NCBI GenBank assembly: GCA_973895155.1
Contig: OZ316894.1
Coordinates: 13,573,580 to 13,637,579, forward strand
Direction: 5' to 3'
Source of the DNA: Marsupella aquatica
Lineage: Eukaryota; Plantae; Marchantiophyta
Length of the DNA stretch: 64,000 nt
In this document: positions 36,824 through 50,400 of the stretch, one piece after another
Numbering within the stretch: position 1 is the first letter of the stretch
Layout of the letters: every line of letters starts with the position of its first letter
Made by a program: the position numbers and the translations under genes
The notes under the pieces: generated by a model
Databases searched by the model: none
What the model saw: only the letters and a program-made list of their open reading frames with translations
Told to the model about the DNA's origin: nothing

Positions 36824-39800
36824 TGTGGTACGTCCCATGGCTCCCTAAACCCAAGAAACCCCCCCAGCTCAAGCCGATTCCCGCAAGTTTCACGCTTGGC
36901 GAGGCCGTTTCCGCGGCTTAGCGGCATGGGACGCTGCTAACTTCCTTCTACTACTACTATTAACATTTTACACACATATACTGGACAGATCCTTCATCGG
37001 GTCATGAGATACGTAGCCAACCTAATCTAGGCCTTCCCTTGTCTTCCCCTCCATCTTGTTAGGTATGTTTGGATTCCGCCGCCGGAATGATCCCCAATAG
37101 GCTTGGTTAAGCCGCTAAGACCTCTCTCAGCTCGACACATCCAACTCTCTCACTCCCTTGCTTACTTTCCTTCCTTCTGGTTGATGTGGGCACTCTTCAC
37201 ACAAGTTAATGCGACACACAAATAGCAAAATGACTCCTTCTGACTGAGTCATACCATGCACTTGCCATACAAACAGTACATCTCATACACAAGCTCTGCG
37301 AACTAAGCCGTGAGGCCAACTCTATTCAGCTCTTAGGCATGAGGAAACATGAATATACACAAGGTCACGGTATGACTAACCGAGAGCTTCTCTTACTACT
37401 TGATCCCAGCCCGGCTGGTGCAAACTAAAAACTTGCTAAAGAAGAGGCCCTGAGCTCCCCGCTGCCCAGGTACTTATCCTGGTAGTGGATCCGCCTAATT
37501 CTTTGCAGCGTAAGCCTAATCTACCTAACAATAATCTACCTATGTACAGCAAGGCAGGAGCACAAGTGTTGCTCCTACCAGTGGAACCGCAATCCCACTA
37601 AGCTAAGTGTCAGGGCCGCTCCTGGTCCTGATCCTAATCCTAAACTTGGAGATCAGCGCCCGCCCTGCCCACTCACGCCTCCTACCTCCACGTCCGCCCT
37701 TCCTAAAAGGAACGGCGCCCTTGCACCGTCACGACACCGGTGGTAGATCCTCAATGGACGCCCCCAATGCTTCCTCCGCAACCACTGCCGTTGGTCCGTC
37801 CTCTGACAGATTACCTACCTCTGACCAAGTCAACTTTTCATCGGCCTCACTGAGCCCACCCTCGGCTTTGGCATCGGCTCGGGAATCATTCTCGGCTACG
37901 GCCTCAGCCTCGGCTTCAGCCACTGTCTCCCCGGCCTGCTCAAGAGGTGGATCTGGGATACCGGCCTCATTACTGAGTAGTTCGGCTTGGGCCGCGCCAT
38001 CCCCACCTTTGGTGATAGCGGAATCTATTGCCGTGTTCATGTCAGAGGTTGGTGCCGGTTTGAGTACGGCTTGAGGGGTCGAATAACCTCCGGACCCCGA
38101 AGGTTTCCGCTTCTTCTTCTTCACTATCTCCATAGCCTGTTCCTTCCCTTTGCCGCCAACGTTCGGCACCGGGCCGTGTGTCACGGCTGGTCCTTCGGTA
38201 ATTACCACCCCTGGTAACTGGTTTGCCCCAACGGGAGATGGACCTGATGCAGCTAAGCATTTAAATACTGCGGCTTGTTTCTTCAGCCGCTCTGTTTGGT
38301 GGTCGGCCCGCCGCTGTAGGTTCTCCATCTTCCTCGTGATTTCCTCCAACTCCTCCTGGGTCTCATCCAGGTCCTTACGTGCCTCCTCCAGCTCGTTTTT
38401 GGCTTCCTCCAATTCCTTGTGGGCTTCCTCCAATTCCTTCTTGGTGGTAGCCCTCTCCTCCTGGGTTGCTCTCAGCTCCTTGTCGAGCTCCGCTACGACC
38501 TCAGATTCCATGTTATGCATCTTGGCATAAGTCTGGTCGAGCTGGGCGTCCTTCTCCCGCAGGTCAGCCTTGAAGCTGGCCGTCAGGGACGCAAGCTCCT
38601 GCTGTAGCGCAATAATCCCTTGATAGGATTTCCCTAACTCGGCCTCCTTCTGCTCAAGGACTCCACGGATTTTCTCGAGCTCCTCCTTCAACGCCCATTC
38701 CTTTCTTTGAGTCTCCGCCGTGACCCGGTTGTTGACTGCTATATGGGCCTCCTCTGCGTTTCTCAGCTCCTTCTTCCATTTCTCCCTGTCCTTGATTGCG
38801 TCGGCCAATTCTCCTTGGGTCCGCGTTAGTAGATTCTCGATCATCCGATTATCAGATTGTGCGGTATCCAACTGGCCCTGCATGATATTTAGCTCATGCC
38901 GCTTAATCCGCAGCTCATCTTGGGCTTTCTTGGCCACCCTCAGGTCCTTGATTTTGGCTTCCCTTTCCCTAAGCCGACGGATGACCTCGTCCTTCTTGCT
39001 TCTTTCCAAGGCCACCACTTCTTCTAATTGGCGCTTCTCCAACATCTCCCTCTGGAAAAAGGGTCCCTGCTCCAACTCCTCCCCAAATATGCTGAGCGCC
39101 AGTTCTCCACACATCTCCCCGTACTCCATGGCTCTGTCTTTAGCATAGGTGGAGGAAGTAGAAGTCATCGGCATCATCCACCGCGGCCTCTGCTCCCAAG
39201 CCGTCTTGCGGATCTCTTCAATCGTGGCTAGAGGTTTGCTTCCTTTTTCGGCTAGCCGCTTGATGTCCTCCGGCCAATCTCCTCCTGGCAAATCCTTTTC
39301 TCTAGCCAGGGCTGCCTCCTCTGCCTGCCTGATTCGCTCCTGAAATTCCTGCGCCGTCTGTTTTATGCCGTCAAAGCTCGGGGGAGCAACATCTGGTGGG
39401 GGAGACTCAGGGCTACTCTGTTGGTTGGGGTCCCCTCGTACTACCCTTGGAAGTGTGGGGATAAACCGGCCACAGGTCCTTACTCCTGGAACGTGATGGT
39501 CCGACCCATAGCCGGAGTTATCATGGTTGCAGTCCTCCACTGCCTCCTCTACTTCTTGGACTTCCGGCTTCTCCCTCTCCTCTTCGTCGGTAGGAGCTTC
39601 AGGCAATTCTGCCTCAGATTCAAAGCTTGAGACTCCCACGTACATTCGAACACCCTGCTTGGATTCTGGCCTGATTCTGCTTAGGTTGACCTCTGGGGCA
39701 GTGTCCTACATTGTTGCCGTTGTCGTTGCCGATGCCGATCTCTTCTCTTTCTCCAGTAGTTTCAGCAGTTTCTGCATGCCTGGTTGCTGCATTGGCAAGT

Positions 39801-41455
39801 CTTCCTTCCTTGGCCTAAACACCTGCTCGATCATCGGGCTAACAGGTGGTTGAGGCTTCTCTGCTACCGGCCTCGGTGCTGGGGCTTCCTCGGGTGCCCT
39901 TACCTGCAGGGGAAGTACTGGGGCAAAGGTCTGACCTCTGGCATACCGGCACAACAGCGGCATGTGATAGCCAAGCCGCGACACGCTCCCCATGCCGATT
40001 ACCTGCTGCTCCTCTTTTAAGATCTTCCTCAATTGGTTGAGGAGGTACCCATTGTAGTCCCGGCTTGGGTCTGGCCTCTCTGCCAGATAGACCTGTGCCT
40101 TGCTGATCTCTGCCCTCGGCAAGTTACAATGCATGGTCACCCGCAAGAAGTCGATCATCTCTCCTATGTGCGGGTTGGTGCAGGTGTTCCGGAAGAAGCC
40201 ATTCTTCGTTGATGGCCCGGGGAACGATCGGAACTCCTTGTCAGGCAAGGTCTTCCTGGTATCAACTTTGGTCTTATTGCCTATCGGCAAGCCAAACACT
40301 TCGGCAATCACCTTGGGAGTAAGATAGAAATCCTTCCCATATATCCTCGTGCAATTGGTCTCGAGTTCCCATGACCCCACGAATTCTAATAGGTCTGAAT
40401 CCGGTACCTCCGGCTTCAGCCATGGTAATCTTACAAAGGCCTCTAAGCCGGATCCGGCCATGAAGCCTTGGTACTTCTTGGTCTGCATGGCCGTAAAGCA
40501 TGCATCCTCCTCCCGTGCAAAATGTAGTTGCACCTCCACCGGTTGGGTTGCCGCCCAGCCTTTCCAGGTGTCATCCCTGGTTGGAATGGCATTGATGGGA
40601 TCGACCTCTTCCTCTTCGGCTTCTCCCTGCCTCTTGCTCTGCTGCTCGGCTGGCTTCCTTGGTGCCGCCGACCTCGTTCTTTTTGCCGGAGTGGCTTCAT
40701 TGTTGACGGCTCCCTTCCTCTTCATCTCTGCTGCCGTGGAGGTTTCTCCTAGCACCGCTGCCGGGGTCCACCTTTCCGTGCTACCCTTCAATTCCCAGTG
40801 TATGTCGTTGCAGTTCTTGATGGCCTCTCGAATGCCGATGATTCTGTCTTTGCAAAACAGAAGATCGTCGAGCTGATTGGAAGTAGGAGTCCACAAGAAC
40901 TCGGCGTTGATGAGTTTGCCTCCTAAGAAAGCCGTCTTCTGCAGCTCCCACAATCGAGCGAGCTCCTACCGTTCTCGAGCGGCCCTTTCTGATTCCTCGT
41001 CCTCGTAAGTCTTGATGTACTCAGTTGCCCGTTCGAACAGGCATCCCCAGAAATATGCCGCTTGATTGACGTTGCTCATACCCTCCTTAGGTCGATCATC
41101 GGTATCTACTCTCTCCCCGAGTGCTTGCCTAAGCAGCTGACAGTAGTTGGCCTCCCGTAGTCGTCTGCCTAGTTCGTGCTCGCAAATGAGCCACCATCTC
41201 CTGCAAGCGCTCCTTACCCCTCTCCTCTTCCGGTCCTTTCTCCCGTTGATCCTTCCTAGCCACCGACGCTTAACGCGCCCTAACCCTAATCTTATTTTCA
41301 CCCCCAGCGTCCTTACCTCCGGCCTCGGCCCGGGTTCCATGGTCGCCCCTAATTGTTTATATTTTCCTTGTTTTGTCCCTATACTAAGGTGTTTCTAGGG
41401 TGCATTCCTGCTTTACCCACCTAACTGGCCGAGTGATTCCTGGCTAGGCATCACA
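36824..41455 (-). repeat. Gypsy 3' LTR (~4632 bp)
   Basis: Near-identical to 47446-52080. Confidence 0.96.
37729..41340 (-). pseudogene. LTR-encoded large protein, copy 1 (two CAG>TAG stops)
   Basis: ORFs 40966-41340, 39706-40953 and 37729-39645 share one frame. Contains a PMD/Transposase_32-like segment and a long coiled coil. Confidence 0.85.
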
Positions 41456-41499
41456 TAGCTCCCCACTTAATTGTGAAGCATCCTTGCGAACAACTTCAT

Positions 41500-44400
41500 C
41501 TTCGTCCATATAGTATTTCTTGAGGCGGTCATAATGGATGCGAACTGGATACACTTCTCCCGTAATATTGGCCAATTGTACGGAGCCATTGGAGAATGTA
41601 AAGCTTCCCTGGAAACCTACTATACCTACTATCATAAAGTAACACAAGATCACCGGTGTGAATACTAACTACTTTCAACTTTTTATCATACTGCTGCTTC
41701 ATGATATTCTGTCTATATTCTACTCTCACGGCTGAAATCATTCTCGCCTCCTCTAAAGCTTCTAACCTATATTCTCGCTCCTTTAGGCTCTCCTCCGCTG
41801 AGGCTCTTTCCTCAATTGTAACTTGAAATGTCGGTATCTCAAGTTGCATGGGTACCAGGGCTTCTTGTCCAAAGGTTAAGAAGAAGGGTGTATGACCGGT
41901 AGTGGTTTTATAGGCTAGATTGTAAGCAAAAACAGCAGCAAACAATTTATCATCCCAATCGAGTTTGTTCTGAGCTACTGTCTTGTCAATATCTTTCCTA
42001 TAATTCCGTTTGCTCGTTCTGTCAACCCATTTGCCTTTGGATGGTAGGGAGTAGTAGGCCTATGTCTAACTAAATACTGCTCATTTAAACGACTAATTAT
42101 ATCATTCAGAAAATGGGTTCCTCTATCACTAACTAATTCTAGGGGTGCTCCATACCTGGTGAAGATCTGCTCATACATGAATCTAGCCGTAGTAATTGCA
42201 TCATCCTTCGTTGTCGGTCTGGCCTCTACCCATTTAGTTGCATAATCCGTAGCCAGGATTATGTACTTGTTCCGTTGAGGGTGGGTCAGTGGTTTCAGAG
42301 GTCCGATGTAATCAATACCCCACTTCTCGAATGGTGCCAGAGGTAGAATAGGGTGCAATGGATGTCTGGTGGATGCCCTTGGTCCTCCCGCTCGTTGACA
42401 AGGATCGCATTGTTTGATAAATTGATAGACATCCTTGTGCAAGGTGGGCCACCAGTAACCGGCATTTAATATCTTTTTAGACGTGGTTACTGGGGCAAAA
42501 TGTCCTCCGGCCTCCTCTCCATGCATGGCCCGTAGGACTCGTTTTACCTCTCCCTTTTCCAAACACCTTTGAATCGTGCCGTTGATTCCATGCTTGTGCA
42601 GTATGCCTTTAATGCACTGATACTGTCTGACCTTCCGCAAAAAGACTGCGGCTTGTTCTCGGCTTAATCCTGGCTGTAATCTGGAAGTGCTGAGAAATTG
42701 TAAAATCTCAGGGTACCATGTATCAGCTATTTCTACAACGAATAGCTCCTCGTCGGGGAATCGATCATTGATGCAATCCGTGGCAGGTTCACCTGTGATT
42801 CTTGAAAAGAAGTCGGCATTGGTGTGTAACTTTCCTGGCTTGATCCTCAGCTCATAGTCAAACTCCTGTAATAGCAAAATCCATCTTGCTACTCTGCCTG
42901 TAAGGTCCGGCTTATTGACTAGGTACTTCAAACTTTCATGATCGGTATGAAAGATTACCTTGTACCCTAGTAAGTAATGCCTAAACTTTTTACAGGAATA
43001 AATGACTCCTAATGCTTCTCTCTCTGTGGTGGAGTAGTTCCGTTCGGCATCGGCAAGCTGACGGCTCGCGAAGTATATGGGATGGTCCCTTCCTTTCTCA
43101 TCCAACTGACTTAGTACTGAGCCGATATAGAAGCCCGAGATATCTACAAAAACATGAAAATCTTTGTTCCAGTCCGGTGCTATCATGACTGGGGCCTCTA
43201 CTAACATCTGTTTCAATTCTACCACCGCTGTGACTCGTTCGGGTGTGGGTTCGAAGTCTGCTCCTGCCTTGAGCATGTTGGTTAATGGTAAAGCTAGCTT
43301 GGAAAAATCCTTGATGAACCGGCGATAGTAACCAATGCATCCCAAGAAGGATCTTACATCCTTTATGTTCTTAGGTTGCATGATATCTAGCCATACTGCT
43401 AGCTTACCTTTGTCAATCTCAATGCCCTTCCTTGATACCTTGTGACCTAGTAGCACCCCCTCGGTTACTGCAAAGAAACATTTATCTGGGTGTAACTTGA
43501 GACCTACCTCTCTACATCTCATGAAGGTTTTCCTGAGGTATTTAGCATGTTTCGATGCCTTCCCGAATACTCCAAAGTCATCAATGAAGATTTCCATGAA
43601 CTTTCTCAAGTAATCATGAAAAATGTTCACCATTAATCGTTGGAACATAGCTGGTGCGTTGCAGAGTCCAAACGACATACGATTGAAGACATAGATCCCC
43701 CATTCCGTGATGAAGGCCGTCTTGATTTGGTCTTCCTGCCGAATCCTGATTTGGTTATAACCAGAGTACCCATCCATGAATGAATATAGTTCATGACTGG
43801 CTACCATGTCTAGTACCATATCAGTAAAGGGTAAGGGAAAATGGTCTTTTAACGTCGCTTCATTCAGTTTCCTGTAATCCTGACAAACCCGGATCTTGGG
43901 TTTACCATCGGGTCCAGCTTTCTTGGGAACTATCACAATTGGAGACACCCAGTCTGAATGCAGGACTGGAGTGATGAATCCAGCTTCCACTAGTTTGTCG
44001 ATTTCCGTTTTGACCAACAGGGAATACTTCGGGTTCATCCTTCGAATTGGTTGTCTGAATGATTTGGCTCCTAACATGAGATCAATTCGATGTTCCCCCA
44101 ATGTTGGATCTACTCCCTTTAGATCTTGGTGACTCCATGCAAACACATCCTGAAATTCAATCAGTAAGTCACTGATCTCTTTCTCAAGCTCAGGTGCTAG
44201 GTCTCTCCCTAAGTTTAGTTCCCTCCCTTCTCCTAAGTCGAGCTTCCGGTATTGCCGTGCTTGGATCATATTAATCTGCTTCTTCAAATTTGGGTCCAGC
44301 TCGGCTTCCAGTCTCTCCAGTCTCATACCTCCATAAACTGGAATCTCGGCTGTACTAGCCGAATCAGTTTCTCCCTTGGTGCCCACAGACTGTCCCCTTG

Positions 44401-47376
44401 CCGGCCTATTCGGTTTTGAATTGGTAGTAGGTTTTCCTTCCTGCCTTGGCTCTGGATTCTGTCTGTGCATCTCATCCACCTCTTCCTCCTGAGGGTCAGG
44501 CCGCTGTGCTCTCCCGGCTTCTAATAGAGCCTCAATTTGTTCTGCCCTTGTAATCGGCTTGTATGCCGATCCCTTGGTATTTAATTCCTTGCCGATGATC
44601 GATGGCGTTGTGGACCCTGTCGGCTCTGCCACAACGCCTGCAGAAAATCCACTGTCCCTGCTACTGCTCCCCACTTAGCCGTTTCATCCAATTGGTCTAC
44701 ATCCTTTACTTCCTCCGGAATTCCAGCTAAAAAGGTGGATTCTATTGTAAAGCAGTCCTTGACCTCTTCGTCTTCTTCTTCCAAGTCACCTTTCATTGGT
44801 TCTTGCCATAATCCGCTTGGGGGGTACCTCCGGTCCAAAGACACTTTCTTCGGTTTGGTCAGCGAGGCATTCTAACCAACGTACTTCATCGGCTGACTCC
44901 AGTCCACTGTCGTACCCATCTACTTCCCTTATGCTTTTCCTACGGTCATCCTTAGTGTCCCAGGATACCGTGATAGAGGGGGTCCCGAAAGTGAACTGCT
45001 TTTTACCCCAATCTTCTATTACCTCGGCTAGGTACAGCCATGGCCTGCCAATTAATAGCCAAAACGACGTAGGGTTTACCGGCTTCATTACTACATAGTT
45101 AATGCTAAAGAAGATACCTCCTATCTCTGTCTTGATGCCGGTTAACACCCCCGTGGGAATGACCTGATACCCATTGGCCATGTTTAGCACTCTTCCAGTC
45201 ATCTCGGGTGTTAGACCCCACCCTTTTGTTGTTGAATCAATCATAATACATACCCCTGATCCTCCATCGATGGGTACCCGTAGTAATATTTCTCCTTGAA
45301 TCATTAATGGTAAAGCTGGGGCTCCTTGATCTTCTTCTATCATCAGCACGTTGGATTTGGTTGCTACCTTGGGTAATCTCGGCTTGCCGAGAATAGCCTT
45401 CCTTAATTGCTTCTGGAAGTACGGGCTATTTTTCAATAGTTGACCAACTGTTGCCGAGACTCTGGATTCTAGTACATCTTTAGCCAGGTCATAGGGAACA
45501 ATCGGCTTCTCCTCTGGTGGTGTCTCCATCTTGGATTCGGTCTATTTTGCCACGCTAGTCTCCACAGCTGTTGGATCCTCCGAAGCAAACAATGCTTTTG
45601 CTCGTTTCACATCCTTGGCAATGGCTTCGGTATTCTCCAGGGTTTCTAATTCTCTCAGTTGTTCCTTAACACTAGCCGTAACAGAGGGGTAGAACAACTT
45701 AGGATGATCTCGATTGAAGTCGCTATCTTGTGAAGGATTGGGTTCACTGGTGGGCTCATGGCTTACCTGTATTGCCGGAGCCCTCCCTTCTCCTTCCGTT
45801 GATGTTGACGAAGAGTCGATCTTTTCCTCCGGGGGGTAGTACCTGGCGGTAAGACCTTAACTGGCAAGAGCTTATGATTTGCGGCCAGGCCTGCCACCCA
45901 AGTAGGACATTGCCCTAGCATATGACCTTCCTGTCGGCATCCCATACATAGTTGAGCTGGTTGTCCATCACCCTGTTTGCGTGCATTCGGGCATTCTCTA
46001 GCAAAATGGCCAGGTTGACCACAATTATAGCATGCCGCAAATCTTTGCACATTCGGCCTAGGAGGTACTGACGGGTTCTGAATAATCCGAGGATACATCT
46101 CTCCTGGATTGTTCCTTAATCCTGACCACAGGGATGCAGGTCTGTTGGATAGGTCTCGTGCTCCAGTCTCACTGATGCCGAAAACACTATCAGCGGCATC
46201 CCCTAAAAAGTACTCTACTTCTCCCTGACATGGTCTGATCTCGGCCACATGCCGAACATGATTAGTATTAAGTTTAGGACACGCATCTTTATGGTGTCCA
46301 GTTTTATAACATAAGGCACACCATACAGAGCTATCCTCCTGTACTACCTTCTTCTTCGGCTTTACCTCTGCAATTATAGCCTTAAGTTGCTCGGTAAGGG
46401 CTACGATGTTATCTGGTGGCTTAGCCTCCAGCTTGACTTTCGTCTTCCCTCTCCTTCTGCCCTTCCTTTTCCTAGTTTTTTCTTCTTCAGAACTAGAAGA
46501 TGACTCACTCTTGCTACTTCCACTATCCGAGCTTGAGTTATCACTTCTTGACTTCTTAGAATGTTTCTTCTTCTTATCCTTTTTCTTATGGGGTGATCCT
46601 TCCTCCGATGAGGAACTCTCAGACTTAAGTTGTTTCTTCCGGCTTGTGATATCTGCATTAATGTATAATTGAATATCCTTAATTGCCTCGGCCAAGGTCT
46701 CCGGGTTCTCCTTCCTAATTGCAAAACTCATCTTCTGTGGCAAAGCATTCACCAACCATTGAAGTTGCATACCTTCAGATGCATTGGTCTTTGTACGTCT
46801 TACCAGTTTCTGAAAGCGTTGCAAGAACTTCCTAAAGGATTTGTTCTCCTTGAACCGAAGTCGTCCCAACTTCAGCACTGCCAGTTCTGAAGTTCCAATG
46901 GGTCGAAACTCCTTAACAAAGAGTGTTTTGAAGATATCCTAGATGGCTTGATCTTCCACATCTAATGCTCTGTACCAAGGCCTAGCCTCACCCTTGAACA
47001 GGCCGGGAAGAATCTGCATCTTGATGGCCGATTCTCCATTTGCTGCAGCGGTTCCCTCAAAATCATCCAACCATTCGTCCGGATCCTCATCTCCTCTCCC
47101 ATGAAATGCCTTGTAATGAATGCGCGACCGTTGGCTCAGTCTGGTCCCTAGCCTCTCGTCTGGCCGTGCCTCTGGTTCCCCCATGTCGGTTGGAGACTCA
47201 CTTCTCCTTACCGACTCTTCTTCTGGTATGTTTTCTTCGACGCCACTTCCAGCTTCGGAGCTACCAGCTCTTTCTGCCCCTCTCAGTCACTGTGTATCAT
47301 GCCACCCGGCGAGCTGCTGCAGTCGAGCTCTCTCCCGTTGAATCACTCTTTCTTCCCTCGGCGTAAGGTCAGTCAT
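41500..47376 (-). pseudogene. Gypsy gag-pol with stops/frameshifts
   Basis: FHGRGDEDPDEWL (gag), three CCHC knuckles, IDGGSGV (PR), WVSPIVIVPKK, DGYSGYNQI, FIDDF (RT), DHESL..LLLQEFD (RH), GGHF..CDPC, WGIDYIGP, SDRGTHF, NGLTER (INT). Confidence 0.96.
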
Positions 47377-47445
47377 TACCTACGCTTCCTTTCTAACTTC
47401 ATATCTCACGGCTTAAGAAATGCCCCCTCCATCTAGCGCCAAAAA

Positions 47446-50400
47446 TGTGGTGCGTCCCATGGCTCCCTAAACCCAAGAAACCCCCCCAGCTCAAGCCAAT
47501 TCCCGCAGGTTTTGCGCTTGGCGAGGCCGTTTCCGCGGCTTAGCGGCATGGGACGCTGCTAACTTCCTTCTACTACTACTATTAACATTTTACACACATA
47601 TACTGGACAGATCCTTCATCGGGTCATGAGATACGTAGCCGGCCTAATCTAGGCCTTCCCTTGTCTTCCCCTCCATCTTGTTAGGTATGTTTGGATTCCG
47701 CCGCCGGAATGATCCCCAATAGGCTTGGTTAAGCCGCTAAGACCTCTCTCAGCTCGACACATCCAACTCTCTCACTCCCTTGCTTACTTTCCTTCCTTCT
47801 GGTTGATGTGGGCACTCTTCACACAAGTTAATGCGACACACAAATAGCAAAATGACTCCTTCTGACTGAGTCATACCATGCACTTGCCATACAAACAGTA
47901 CATCTCATACACAAGCTCTGCGAACTAAGCCGTGAGGCCAACTCTATTCAGCTCTTAGGCATGAGGAAACATGAATATACACAAGGTCACGGTATGACTA
48001 ACCGAGAGCTTCTCTTACTACTTGATCCCAGCCCGGCTGGTGCAAACTAAAAACTTGCTAAAGAAGAGGCCCTGAGCTCCCCGCTGCCCAGGTACTTATC
48101 CTGGTAGTGGATCCGCCTAATTCTTTGCAGCGTAAGCCTAATCTACCTAACAATAATCTACCTATGTACAGCAAGGCAGGAGCACAAGTGTTGCTCCTAC
48201 CAGTGGAACCGCAATCCCACTAAGCTAAGTGTCAGGGCCGCTCCTGGTCCTGATCCTAATCCTAAACTTGGAGATCAGCGCCCGCCCTGCCCACTCACGC
48301 CTCCTACCTCCACGTCCGCCCTTCCTAAAAGGAACGGCGCCCTTGCACCGTCACGACACCGGTGGTAGATCCTCAATGGACGCCCCCAATGCTTCCTCCG
48401 CAACCACTGCCGTTGGTCCGTCCTCTGATAGATTACCTACCTCTGACCAAGTCAACTTTTCATCGGCCTCACTGGGCCCACCCTCGGCTTTGGCATCGGC
48501 TTGGGAATCATTCTCGGCTACGGCCTCAGCCTCGGCTTCAGCCACTGTCTCCCCGGCCTGCTCAAGAGGTGGATCTGGGATACCGGCCTCATTATTGAGT
48601 AGTTCAGCTTGGGCCGCGCCATCCCCACCTTTGGTGATAGCGGAATCTATTGCCGTGTTCATGCCGGAGGTTGGTGCCGGTTTGAGTACGGCTTGAGGGG
48701 TCAAATAACCTCCGGACCCCGAAGGTTTCCGCTTCTTCTTCTTCACTATCTCCACAGCCTGTTCCTTCCCTTTGCCGCCAACGTCCGGCACCGGGCCGTG
48801 TGTCACGGCTGATCCTTCGGTAATTACCACCCCTGGTAACTGGTTTGCCCCAACGGGAGATGGACCTGATGCAGCTAAGCATTTAAATATTGCGGCTTGT
48901 TTCTTCAGCCGCTCTGTTTGGTTGTCGGCCCGCCGCTGTAGGTTCTCCATCTTCCTCGTGATTTCCTCCAACTCCTCCTGGGTCTCATCCAGGTCCTTAC
49001 GTGCCTCCTCCAGCTCGTTTTTGGCTTCCTCCAATTCCTTGTGGGCTTCCTCCAATTCCTTCTTGGTGGTAGCCCTCTCCTCCTGGGTTGCTCTCAGCTC
49101 CTTGTCGAGCTCCGCTACGACCTCAGATTCCATGTTATGCATCTTGGCATAAGTCTGGTCGAGTTGGGCGTCCTTCTCCCGCAGGTCGGCCTTGAAGCTG
49201 GCCGTCAGGGACGCAAGCTCCTGCTGTAGCGCAATAATCCCTTGATAGGATTTCCCTAACTCGGCCTCCTTCTGCTCAAGGACTCCGCGGATTTTCTCGA
49301 GCTCCTCCTTCAACGCCCATTCCTTTCTTTGAGTCTCCGCCGTGACCCGGTTGTTGACTGCTATATGGGCCTCCTCTGCGTTTCTCAGCTCCTTCTTCCA
49401 TTTCTCCCTGTCCTTGATTGCGTCGGCCAATTCTCCTTGGGTCCGCGTTAGTAGATTCTCGATCATCCGATTATCAGATTGTGCGGTATCCAACTGGCCC
49501 TGCATGATATTTAGCTCATGCCGCTTAATCCGCAGCTCATCTTGGGCTTTCTTGGCCACTCTCAGGTCCTTGATTTCGGCTTCCCTTTCCCTAAGCCAAC
49601 GGATGACCTCGTCCTTCTTGCTTCTTTCCAAGGCCACCGCTTCTTCTAATTAATTGGCGCTTCTCCAACATCTCCCTCTGGAAAAAGGGTCCCTGCTCCA
49701 ACTCCTCCCCAAATATGCTGAGCGCCAGTTCTCCACACATCTCCCCGTACTCCATGGCTCTGTCTTTAGCATAGGTGGAGGAAGTAGAAGTCATCGGCAT
49801 CATCCACCGCGGCCTCTGCTCCCAAGCCGTCTTGCGGATCTCTTCAATCGTGGCTAGAGGTTTGCTTCCTTTTTTGGCTAGCCGCTTGATGTCCTCCGGC
49901 CAATCTCCTCCTGGCAAATCTTTTTCTCTAGCCAGGGCTGCCTCCTCTGCTTGCCTGATTCGCTCCTGAAATTCCTGCGCCGTCTATTTTATGCCGTCAA
50001 AGCTCGGGGGAGCAACATCTGGTGGGGGAGACTCAGGGCTACTCTGCTGGTTGGGGTCCCCTCGTACTACCCTTGGAAGTGTGGGGATAAACCGGCCACA
50101 GGTCCTTACTCCTGGAACGTGATGGTCCGACCCATAGCCAGAGTTATCATGGCTGCAGTCCTCCACTGCCTCCTCTACTTCTTGGACTTCCGGCTTCTCC
50201 CTCTCCTCTTCGTCGGTAGGAGCTTCAGGCAATTCTGCCTCAGATTCAGAGCTTGAGACTCCCACATACATTCGAACACCCTGCTTGGATTCTAGCCTGA
50301 TTCTGCTTAGGTTGACCTCTGGGGCAGTGTCCTGCATTGTTGCCGTTGTCGTTGCCGATGCCGATCTCTTCTCTTTCTCCAGTAGTTTCAGCAGTTTCTG

